A stretch of DNA of 64,000 nt from a virus, in IMG/VR virus record IMGVR_UViG_3300026430_000265, positions 2,771 to 66,770 of that record; one strand, written 5' to 3'. Position 1 is the first letter of the stretch; each line of letters starts with the position of its first letter. Position numbers and translations under genes: made by a program. The notes under the pieces are model-generated. The model worked only from the letters and a program-made list of their open reading frames with translations. It was not told where the DNA came from and did no database searches. Shown here one piece after another: positions 17,204 through 25,883 of this stretch.

Positions 17204-20158
17204 ATGTTTATTCCAGTTAGCTTGGCTTCTGGCTCAACCTACGTAGACGTAACCCTAGACGCCACTGGTGTTCTGAAAGCGGGTTGCGTGGTCACGTACA
17301 AGGGCCAAGACTACGCTGCGAATACGGACATTCAGGTTACGAAAGGTGACACGGCACGTCTCACGACTACCGTGACTGCATACGCCGAGATTAGCGTGGT
17401 TCTCGCCGGGAAGACTTACCTCTGGTTCGTTGACCTGCCAAAGACTCTGCGTTACGTCACTACCCAGGCGTACAAGGCGATCACCGGCTCTACCTATGGC
17501 AAGCTGTACAAGCCAGGGTCGAGCAAGCAACTGTCCTACGCAGCCACCGGAACCTTCACCGTTGCCGATGCAGTCGCATCCATCGACTACGCCAAGAAGG
17601 AAATCTGGTTCTTCAACACTGCCGACGAGGTGAAGAAACTCACCTTTGCGGAAACACCTGTCGCGATCACCTTTTCTCCTATCTGGAGCGAAGCTGACAA
17701 CGTTGCTGCCGTGCCTTGGGTGGTCACTGCTGGCAAGCTGTACAAACTCACCAACCTGTTCGCCGTTGACTCGTCCTACACGCTGACTGGTACGCCTCTG
17801 GCTGCCACTGGCGACATGGAAGGCAACATTGTCATCGGCTTCGCTGACCGTATCGAAGTCTGGAGCAACGCGGGCGCGCTGCTGTATACCCAGACTGGCA
17901 CGTTCACTGGATTGACCTCGATTGTGTGCGACAACTCTGGCCTGCTCTATCTGGGCATGGCTTCGGGTATCACCACAGTTGCGCGGGTTGCAGGTTCGTT
18001 CACCGTGACGCAGATTCTGGCTCGCCCAGGTTTGTACTTCGACATGGACCTGAACGATGTATACGTCTATGCGGTTGACGCAACGAACCGTTGTTTGCTG
18101 CTTATCAACCGCAACTCCAAGGCACTGGAGAAGACGGTCTACTACTCCAAGGTTCCTCTGGACGTAGTGGTCTACCGCAGTGAAATCTACGTGTCCTTCC
18201 TCGACACCACTGGCATCATCAAGTATGACCAAACACTTGGTAATGCGACCGACGTCGCTACCACTGTGCGGTCGGCTGGTGCTGCTTACATGGGCGAGGT
18301 TGTTGTCACCGACCTGTATTCGGATGCTGCGGACGTCACCTCTGCGGAAGCGAACGTCAGCCCTGTGCAGACCATCGTGGAGAACGTGCCGTACAACGCC
18401 GCGTATGAGTACACGTGGACAGTCAACTGGGTTCGCCCAGAGTTTGTCAAGCTTGGCACCACGAACGCGACGGTCACGGTCAACGGTCTTCCGTGGACTT
18501 CGGGTTACCTGAAGAAAGACGACGTGGTAAAGATCAGCGTACCGGCACGGGCGTCGTACTACGATGCGCAAGCGGTCACGTTCATGGGCCGTCGGGCAAC
18601 CACGTTCCAGTTGCGCACCGAGCCGAAGCTGTTCCCAACGTTGAGCACGCTTGACCAAGTGAACGATGCTCTGCCGCGCGTGCAATACGAGGACCTCTTC
18701 GCTGTCGAAGGTATGACTGACGGGTTCAGCGTGGACATTGACACCGATGAATCCATCATCGAGTTCAGCGTCAACGGGGGTGACTTCGGTAAGACAGGCA
18801 CGATCAAGAACGGTGACATTGTTGTGGTTCACGCCACTCCAGTAAGCCTCTTGGCGCAGCGTATTGCGTACACCATCAACACCGTGTACGACAAGCCTGT
18901 GGCGACGTGGACAATCCTGATGATGCAGCTTAACGGCGCATTGGTCTGGGAAGAGAACGTGGTCGATGTGCCTCGTGGTTTGACCGTTGTGTACGAGCCG
19001 CCAGAGCGTGTGAGTAATGAGCCGCTTGTCGGTGATTGGTACGATAGCAACTCGGTGCAGAGCTGGACTGCCGACGAGCCTGATGTAAGCACGCAACCTA
19101 CAGTGCTGAGCGCTGATGGGTACTCGCCAGTGTGCGACAAGACTCGCATCATCAAGCTCAACGCTGTGCCGTCACCGGTACTTACCAAGTCGCAATTTGC
19201 CAAGTCGCAACTCCAGACCGCGGATCGCCTACCTTCCCAGACAGTGCTTAAGGTGCAGGCAGAAGCCGAAGCCCAGCGCACGCATTGGGACAAGCTGATC
19301 CTGTTCAGTGCCTGGGACGCCAACCGCTCCTACCTCGGCAAGACGGTATACACACCGTCTGAGTTCAGCCGCGATGTGGCTACAGTCAAGCTGGTACAGA
19401 TCGACGTGAAGGACAACTTCAGGCTTAATCACCTGAACGCGCCGCAGTATTCACCATTGACGTACAAGCAGACTCCGCTGAGCACTCCACGGTATCGCCC
19501 GCTTGCGTACTATCGCTATGCCGCCAAGGCTCCGATGTACCGCGACATGGAGATCAAGCTGGATCACCTGAACGCTCCGATGTATCTGGATACTGTTTGG
19601 GAACAGCCTCAAGTGAGCCGTGCGTGGCAATTCACTATGGGTGTGGACAAGTTCTACCGCTACCCAGTGAGTTTTGTTGATGCGATCTACCAGCGTCATC
19701 ACACGCTTGGTCAGGCGTTCTCTCCGATGCCTTTCATCGAGGGTCTGCGTCCGAACAACAAGCGCATCGAGGTGTCGCTGAGCTTCGTTATGCGTCCGCC
19801 TCGTGTTGCCTATGGTGTAAACACTGCGTATGAGCGGCGTCAAGCGCTCACTCGTTCTGAGCAACCCATGGCTTACGTGCGCAACGTGTCTTCGATCAAG
19901 GAAGTGGCCAAAGCCGCACCGTCGTTCGAGACGCCGAAGCGTAATAGCTACACCATGGCCGACGAATCGCGCGGTGTGTTTGCAACACAAGCACAGGCTG
20001 AGGCTTACGTCGCCACGTTGGGACTTGAGCTGGAAGTGGAGTATCGTCAGATCGACGGCAAGTGGATTTTCGTCACCTTGCCAGTAGCTGTCGCCGCGTC
20101 GTGCCCTGTCACGCAGCCTGAGTTCAAGAAACGTTTCGGCTATGTGAGAGGTGGCTGA
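17204..20158 (+). CDS. Large virion/tail protein: propeller-like N-terminal half, Ig/cadherin-like repeats, Pro/Tyr-rich C-terminal third
   Basis: 984 aa; GGAG RBS; EFSVNGG..GTIKNGDIVVV Ig-like repeat; HLNAP-x-Y repeats. Confidence 0.65.
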   Translation: MFIPVSLASGSTYVDVTLDATGVLKAGCVVTYKGQDYAANTDIQVTKGDTARLTTTVTAYAEISVVLAGKTYLWFVDLPKTLRYVTTQAYKAITGSTYGKLYKPGSSKQLSYAATGTFTVADAVASIDYAKKEIWFFNTADEVKKLTFAETPVAITFSPIWSEADNVAAVPWVVTAGKLYKLTNLFAVDSSYTLTGTPLAATGDMEGNIVIGFADRIEVWSNAGALLYTQTGTFTGLTSIVCDNSGLLYLGMASGITTVARVAGSFTVTQILARPGLYFDMDLNDVYVYAVDATNRCLLLINRNSKALEKTVYYSKVPLDVVVYRSEIYVSFLDTTGIIKYDQTLGNATDVATTVRSAGAAYMGEVVVTDLYSDAADVTSAEANVSPVQTIVENVPYNAAYEYTWTVNWVRPEFVKLGTTNATVTVNGLPWTSGYLKKDDVVKISVPARASYYDAQAVTFMGRRATTFQLRTEPKLFPTLSTLDQVNDALPRVQYEDLFAVEGMTDGFSVDIDTDESIIEFSVNGGDFGKTGTIKNGDIVVVHATPVSLLAQRIAYTINTVYDKPVATWTILMMQLNGALVWEENVVDVPRGLTVVYEPPERVSNEPLVGDWYDSNSVQSWTADEPDVSTQPTVLSADGYSPVCDKTRIIKLNAVPSPVLTKSQFAKSQLQTADRLPSQTVLKVQAEAEAQRTHWDKLILFSAWDANRSYLGKTVYTPSEFSRDVATVKLVQIDVKDNFRLNHLNAPQYSPLTYKQTPLSTPRYRPLAYYRYAAKAPMYRDMEIKLDHLNAPMYLDTVWEQPQVSRAWQFTMGVDKFYRYPVSFVDAIYQRHHTLGQAFSPMPFIEGLRPNNKRIEVSLSFVMRPPRVAYGVNTAYERRQALTRSEQPMAYVRNVSSIKEVAKAAPSFETPKRNSYTMADESRGVFATQAQAEAYVATLGLELEVEYRQIDGKWIFVTLPVAVAASCPVTQPEFKKRFGYVRGG

Positions 20159-20688
20159 TGATTACTCAAAGTCAATTCCGCTACGCCAAACCCATCACGG
20201 CAAATCTGCGCGGGCTTGTAAAGGCGCGCAGTGTCAGCTATCAGGACACGTCGTTCACCGACTATCTGGTCATGGTACCGATCAACCGCAATATGTTCGA
20301 CGTGTTCACGCTTGACGGGATCACGCTCAACCGCGAAGAGGGATTCTTCCCTGAGTATTACTTCGAGGATGGGAAGCTGGTTGTACGGGAACCTGGGGAC
20401 TACATTGTGCGCGTCTACTCGGAAATCCTTCCGTTTGAAGACACCACGATCAACGTCACCAGCAACATGGTACAGGCAGAAGGTAACTCGTTCGTCACGT
20501 CCATACCGTTCTGGCCTCAGATTTTGGGGCAACCACAGAATGGTGTAGCGCGTGTGAGCAACGATGGTCGGCGTATGTCGTATGTCAGTAATGGCTTCAC
20601 GGGCAATGACTCGTTCAGCTACCGAATGGTCAATGCTTATGGACAAGTAAGTGAGCCAGCCTGCTGCTACGTCACAGCCGCAGCGTAA
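20158..20688 (+). CDS. Ig-like (Big_9/cadherin-like) domain virion protein
   Basis: TGATG overlap; C-terminal PQNGVARVSNDGRRMSYVSNGFTGNDSFSYRM matches the Big_9 consensus. Confidence 0.65.
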   Translation: MITQSQFRYAKPITANLRGLVKARSVSYQDTSFTDYLVMVPINRNMFDVFTLDGITLNREEGFFPEYYFEDGKLVVREPGDYIVRVYSEILPFEDTTINVTSNMVQAEGNSFVTSIPFWPQILGQPQNGVARVSNDGRRMSYVSNGFTGNDSFSYRMVNAYGQVSEPACCYVTAAA

Positions 20689-20693
20689 TACCA

Positions 20694-20726
20694 GGGTTGG
20701 TAGTCTCACGGCTGCCGACCCTTTTT
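20694..20726 (+). terminator. Rho-independent terminator
   Basis: GGGTTGGTAGTC-TCAC-GGCTGCCGACCC-TTTTT: 12-bp stem with three G.U pairs, then U5. Confidence 0.8.
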
Positions 20727-20743
20727 CATTTAGGGACAAAAAC

Positions 20744-22198
20744 ATGCTTAGCCTAGTACCTCGCTTTGCTCTCTGGCCCAAAGATCGACTTGGGCAAGAC
20801 GTATCACTTCTCGGCACGTACACAAAGGCTAGGATCAGCGATCTTGGTATGAACTATCAGCTTCACCACGATCCCAATGTGTTCTATACGCCTAACCAAC
20901 CAGTGGAGCGAATTGACCCGAACTTCCAATTTGAATCCACAAACTTCAACACTGGTGTTCCCTATCCGTCACTCTACGCTGTCGGGGACAAGTTGGTATC
21001 GAGCCGATCCGTTGCGAGTATCTCCCAGCTAGCCACAGACGGTAAGACCTTCACTACCAAGATGGCAGGTAGTACGTACGGACACGGCTCACTAACCGCC
21101 TTCAAAAATGAGTTGGTCTACCAGATCATCCGATCTAGCCAGAACGCTTATGAGGCACGGCCGAACTCCAAAGATATGTCAGGCACGGCGACGGTCAAGT
21201 CTACCGCTTCACCGCCCGCAGTCGACCCGTACTACTGGGGTAAGAGCAAGAATGCCTTAGTCGGCTCCACATCCTGGTCAGCATCTGGCAGCAACGTGTT
21301 CGTCTGCTGGAACTTCCCAACGTTTATTCAGTACGGTGGGCTGGGTCCAAGTATGGGTGTGACCTCAAATGCCCGTTACGTGTATTTCGGGTATAACGTG
21401 TTCTATGGGTTCCAGAGCACAAACCAGCAGATGCTGCTGTATGTAGGCCCCACTCAGGGTCAGACTGCAGGCCTGTTGGACATGCGACCATATGGAGTCC
21501 AATCCATCGCCCACGTTGACAAGTATCTGTTCCTCGTGAAAAACAACACCCTGATGATCGCCTCACTCGCGCCGCAACCTGACGATCCTAACGCGACACA
21601 AGCGCAGGTAACAGCCTATGTAGCCAAAATCAAGGCGCTACTTGATGACCTCTCGGTAAAGAACTGGAAGACCATCGACAAGCTCTCTGGTATTTTCCAA
21701 GCGGGTTACCGCTGGGGATCGCAGCACTTTGTCACGCATAGCCTGTTTACTGCCAACTCAACTACCAAGACCAACATCTGGAAGGTTGAGGAGAAAATCG
21801 CAAAAGCCTTCACCATTACTGCAGGCAGGCAAGTCGGCAGTGACGCTAACTTGGGCTCAACTGGTTATGTGGACAACACAAACGGCAGTTATGGGCTTGC
21901 AGGTAACGCGGGTACGATTCAAAACACGACAGGTGAAGGTGTTCGGATTTGCTGTGATTGGATACAGGCCTCAGGTAACAACGGGTATAACGGATTCTCC
22001 ATAGAAATCACAGGAGCGCACGCGGATATTCGTGCTAAGTACAAAGGGATCAAGGCAAATGGTAAATGGTTCTATTTCGACCTTAATTCAACAATTACTG
22101 CGCAGGTCGGTCTAGGTAATACCATATACAGTTGGTGGAACACACTCGCTGACTTCGTTGACGGTGAGACCTACACCATAGAATTAATCCAAGCATAG
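20744..22198 (+). CDS. Putative fibre/receptor-binding protein, MLSL-tag family member 1
   Basis: True start is ATG 20744 after the terminator (MLSLVPRFALWP); beta-rich 484 aa; C-terminal Gly/Tyr tip domain (STGYVDNTNGSYG). Confidence 0.65.
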   Translation: MLSLVPRFALWPKDRLGQDVSLLGTYTKARISDLGMNYQLHHDPNVFYTPNQPVERIDPNFQFESTNFNTGVPYPSLYAVGDKLVSSRSVASISQLATDGKTFTTKMAGSTYGHGSLTAFKNELVYQIIRSSQNAYEARPNSKDMSGTATVKSTASPPAVDPYYWGKSKNALVGSTSWSASGSNVFVCWNFPTFIQYGGLGPSMGVTSNARYVYFGYNVFYGFQSTNQQMLLYVGPTQGQTAGLLDMRPYGVQSIAHVDKYLFLVKNNTLMIASLAPQPDDPNATQAQVTAYVAKIKALLDDLSVKNWKTIDKLSGIFQAGYRWGSQHFVTHSLFTANSTTKTNIWKVEEKIAKAFTITAGRQVGSDANLGSTGYVDNTNGSYGLAGNAGTIQNTTGEGVRICCDWIQASGNNGYNGFSIEITGAHADIRAKYKGIKANGKWFYFDLNSTITAQVGLGNTIYSWWNTLADFVDGETYTIELIQA

Positions 22199-22210
22199 TA
22201 GGTAATCACA

Positions 22211-22270
22211 CTGCCGATATTTGTACCACGCTTCGCGCCCTGTCTTGTAACTAGACCGGAGAACGTTTGA
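22211..22270 (+). pseudogene. Decayed 5' end of an MLSL-tag family gene
   Basis: TAGGT RBS, then CTG CCG ATA TTT GTA CCA CGC TTC GCG CCC TGT (L/M-P-I-F-V-P-R-F-A-P-C), colinear with M-L-S-L-V-P-R-F-A-L-W of gene 20744; stop after 19 codons; lies in a 234-bp gap. Confidence 0.5.
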
Positions 22271-22432
22271 ACTGCGGATTTGGAGTCTGCACTACTTGAA
22301 GATCACATTCTTGGTTGTGTGCGGTGCCGTATTACCACATGGGTCTTTCCCTAAGTTCAAGCAGGTGGTGTAATTTCAACACTGCGTAATGGTCAATCCC
22401 AACAACGCACCAATCCATGCAAGTAGGTGCTT

Positions 22433-25400
22433 ATGCTCTCACTCATCCCTAAGTTTTCACTCTGGCCAATCGCCAGACCTTTGAAGACCCAGAAAGGATT
22501 CACTACAATCGCAGTCGGTGCTAATGGCCTGATCGCTCGTACTACCGACGGCGTTACATGGACGGAACCCGCGTCTGGTGTCACTACTGAACTGCACATG
22601 GCAGCATATGGTGGTGGCGTCTGGATGATTGTCGGCGCAAGTTCCACGATCCTGAAGTCTACTGACGACGGCGTGACGTGGACTAAGCTCACGGTCTCTA
22701 CGGATATCATAACTAACGTGCCAATGGCACAAGCGTCGATTGTATATGACGCTGGTCGTTTTCTAGTCATCACCAATAACCGTATGTGTATCTACACTAC
22801 GGACAACGGCGCTACGTGGACGCGCATCAACGCTTCCTCTATGCACACCAACTACTTCAAGCGGCGTGCGCGTCGCTGGGATGCTGACGGCAAGATTTAC
22901 CAGAACGGTGGCGCATCGGGTGCGGGTTACACCGTGTTCAACTGGAACGGTACGGGCTACGTGGCTGTCAACGAGAACGCTGTCTCGGGTTCGACCTACA
23001 TTGTCCAGTCGGCCATCGCAGGCAGTGCAACTACCCTAGCTTCGCTGCAACAAGGTGCGTCGATCAACCGCAAGAAAGACGGCGTCTGGACGAAGACACG
23101 TAACGGCGGCAGCAACGAAGACATGGTTGATGGCGGTATGAGCTACAACGCCAACAGCAATGCGTTCTATGCTGTAGGTAATACCGGCAGCGGCCCAACG
23201 ATCTTCTTCGGTGTCGATGGTGACAACTGGCAAACGCTGCCGAACACGACCACCATGTTTGGCGGTGCTGGGCAAAAGCTCTCGGACATTAGCTCCTACG
23301 ACAAGAACTCGTTCATCGTTGGCGGTACCAAAATCTTCACCTCGACGGACTGGACCACGTGGGGTCTTGCGTACACGGCAGGATCAGCGTTCAACACCGT
23401 GAGTACCCGCGAGCGCGTTATCAACACCATCGGCGATGCGTACCGCTGGCGTCTTGTGTCGTTCAAGGACAATGAGCACATCGACGACGTGACCGAGAAA
23501 TTCATGACGTCGTGGAACACAATGCCTACGCTTGCCAATCAGCGTATGCGTACAACGTCCGACGGCCAAGGTCTGTACGAAGACGACATGGTGTTGTTCG
23601 ATGGCACCGAAGACTTCACTGTGGGTATCACGCTCACGCCTGCGACCCAGCTTGCGGCAAACGTGGGTAAAGACCTGCACATCTTCTCGGGTGATGCGCA
23701 AGGTGGACGTGGTACTTGGTACTGCAACTGGGCTACCAATTTCCAGAACTTCCTGTTCCGGTTCTATAAGGCAGACGGGACCCAAGTTGCAGTGATCCCA
23801 TCAGGCGTTCTGACACTGGCTGCCAACGTGGACTTCCACATTGAGTTGGGTCGCAAGAACGGTGTTCTGTACATCTTCTACAACGGTGTCAAGCAGACCA
23901 TCAACGCGATTGACACTGGTGCAAGTCAGGCGCAGCAGGCAGCAGTCAAAGGCTTGAGCCTGGGTATGACTGGCTCCAGCAACGGCTTCAACGGCTGGCG
24001 TCGCAACTTCTACATCGACCGCGGCATCTGCCGACACACCGAGAGCTTCACGCCTGATTTGGCACCTATGGAGCACGTTCGCACTGTCTACTCGGATGAA
24101 GATGCGGCTGCTATCCGCTGCCAGTTCGATATGCGTCGAGACTCCAATCACAACGTTGCATCTGGACGTGCGCTGACCTTCTTGGGTTACGCCAACTGCT
24201 ACGTGCGCCGTGGTCGTATCTACTTCGGTGGCACACAGTCGGCGACTGCTAACTGCTATCAGATGCAGATTGACCCATGGGGTGCTGGAGACTTCACGCT
24301 AGAAGCGTCGCTGCTCGTTACGGCAACAAATGCAAACGGAGGCATCCTGATTGCTGAGTGGTACTACGGTACAGCAACGGACGAACGTAACCGTTGGGCA
24401 TTCAGCATCGGTAATGACCGCAAGGTATACTTTGGCATCGCGCAGAACGCGGCTGGCTCCAGCGCAACCTACGTTATCTCGAAGCTGGCGCTAACCAATG
24501 GTCTGTCTTACAAGATCATCGTTGAGCGTGTTAGTGGTGTCATTACGATCTACCTGCTGGATGCGTACACAGGCGTGCTGCTAGACTCCACGTCTGCCAA
24601 TATCCCGTACCCGATTCGCGGTAGTATGCCTCGTACAATCTCCAACTCGTCGGCCGCAGGTAACTTCTGGGCTGGTACCGGACAGATGTGGGACATTCGC
24701 ATTGCTGACAAGGCAATGTACAACGGGAAGCCTGTGCTGCTCAACGGCTTCCCAGCGTTCCCAGATCGTCGCTACTCCGAGAGCGATCAGGCAAACGTCG
24801 TTGCGCAGTTCAACGGCAGCAACCCGATCGAGCAAATCTCCTCGGCGTATGTTGCTGTCTCGGGAAGTGCAGTGATAATCAACAACCAGTTGCAGATTCC
24901 AAACGGCGGTGGATTCCAGTTCTCGAAGACTACGCCGCCATTCATGGCAGCCGACTTCACGATTGAATGCCGCATGTTGTTCAACACCATTGCAGCCAAT
25001 CCATGCTCCGTCATCGGTCAGTTCCTGAACTCGCGCAGTGACAACTCGTGGCACTTCCGCATCATGAACGGTCACATTGGCGCTGTGTTGTCGAAGACTG
25101 GTGCTGCGCTGACTGATCTGGTCGTGCTGGAGTCAACGATCACGGCTGTCGCTGGTGTGGAATACTACGTGGTTGTTGAACGCGTCGGGTCTACCATCAC
25201 GCTGTATGTCGATGGTGTGCCGAGTGCTACTGCAACCTACGCTGGCAACTTTGGACAATCGCCTATAGCAATTCAGCGCGGTGACATTAGCTCCTACGCT
25301 GGAGTCTTGCGTGATCTGCGTTGCTCTAAGGTGTCGCAGTACAAAGGCAACGTGCCTAAGTTCCCGCAGTATCCACGAGTGCGTAAGCCCAAGCCTCACA

Positions 25401-25807
25401 TCACTCTCGGGTTCCATCAAGGTGGTGTCGGTACGCTCTACGGTTACATGGAGAACAGCGACTACACGTCTCAAGTCGGCTGGATTTCGTTGGGCAGTTG
25501 CTCGCAGAAGCTCTGGCAGGTTGGCGGAGTCGTGCGCCGCATCAAAGGCCTGTTCATTGACCGCAATAACTACATGATTATTGGCTGGGAGGTGACGAAC
25601 ATCACACCAACTCCGGATATCCCTCTGTGGACGGAGACGCTGGAGATAAACGGTACGCGGTTCGGTAACCTAAGTGGTCAGCCATACAGCGGTTTCACAA
25701 CCCCGCTGGCTTCAATGGGTACAGGCACGTCCGTGTACTGGAGCGGAGCTGCTTCGTTCTGGGGTACGCTGCAAGAAGGGCGCATGGTGTCCTTCGACTT
25801 CGTGTAA
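22433..25807 (+). CDS. Putative receptor-binding protein: BNR/YCF48-like beta-propeller, three LamG/ConA-like domains and a tip domain; MLSL-tag family member 2
   Basis: Starts MLSLIPKFSLWP; Asp-box motifs S-T-D-D-G-x-T-W; three DFT-x-E..W..L..V-E-R..LY-x-D-G LamG-type repeats; 1124 aa. Confidence 0.75.
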   Translation: MLSLIPKFSLWPIARPLKTQKGFTTIAVGANGLIARTTDGVTWTEPASGVTTELHMAAYGGGVWMIVGASSTILKSTDDGVTWTKLTVSTDIITNVPMAQASIVYDAGRFLVITNNRMCIYTTDNGATWTRINASSMHTNYFKRRARRWDADGKIYQNGGASGAGYTVFNWNGTGYVAVNENAVSGSTYIVQSAIAGSATTLASLQQGASINRKKDGVWTKTRNGGSNEDMVDGGMSYNANSNAFYAVGNTGSGPTIFFGVDGDNWQTLPNTTTMFGGAGQKLSDISSYDKNSFIVGGTKIFTSTDWTTWGLAYTAGSAFNTVSTRERVINTIGDAYRWRLVSFKDNEHIDDVTEKFMTSWNTMPTLANQRMRTTSDGQGLYEDDMVLFDGTEDFTVGITLTPATQLAANVGKDLHIFSGDAQGGRGTWYCNWATNFQNFLFRFYKADGTQVAVIPSGVLTLAANVDFHIELGRKNGVLYIFYNGVKQTINAIDTGASQAQQAAVKGLSLGMTGSSNGFNGWRRNFYIDRGICRHTESFTPDLAPMEHVRTVYSDEDAAAIRCQFDMRRDSNHNVASGRALTFLGYANCYVRRGRIYFGGTQSATANCYQMQIDPWGAGDFTLEASLLVTATNANGGILIAEWYYGTATDERNRWAFSIGNDRKVYFGIAQNAAGSSATYVISKLALTNGLSYKIIVERVSGVITIYLLDAYTGVLLDSTSANIPYPIRGSMPRTISNSSAAGNFWAGTGQMWDIRIADKAMYNGKPVLLNGFPAFPDRRYSESDQANVVAQFNGSNPIEQISSAYVAVSGSAVIINNQLQIPNGGGFQFSKTTPPFMAADFTIECRMLFNTIAANPCSVIGQFLNSRSDNSWHFRIMNGHIGAVLSKTGAALTDLVVLESTITAVAGVEYYVVVERVGSTITLYVDGVPSATATYAGNFGQSPIAIQRGDISSYAGVLRDLRCSKVSQYKGNVPKFPQYPRVRKPKPHITLGFHQGGVGTLYGYMENSDYTSQVGWISLGSCSQKLWQVGGVVRRIKGLFIDRNNYMIIGWEVTNITPTPDIPLWTETLEINGTRFGNLSGQPYSGFTTPLASMGTGTSVYWSGAASFWGTLQEGRMVSFDFV

Positions 25808-25883
25808 GGACAATCCACGGCTCAAGGACGAGCCCCACGTCATCTGACCGGATACCATTATTCGACTCTAAGAGAACCCACCT

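Noticed and set aside
25819-25834. GGCTC-N6-GAGCC hairpin between two adhesin genes
   Set aside because: Only a 5-bp stem with no U tract; not distinguishable from chance.
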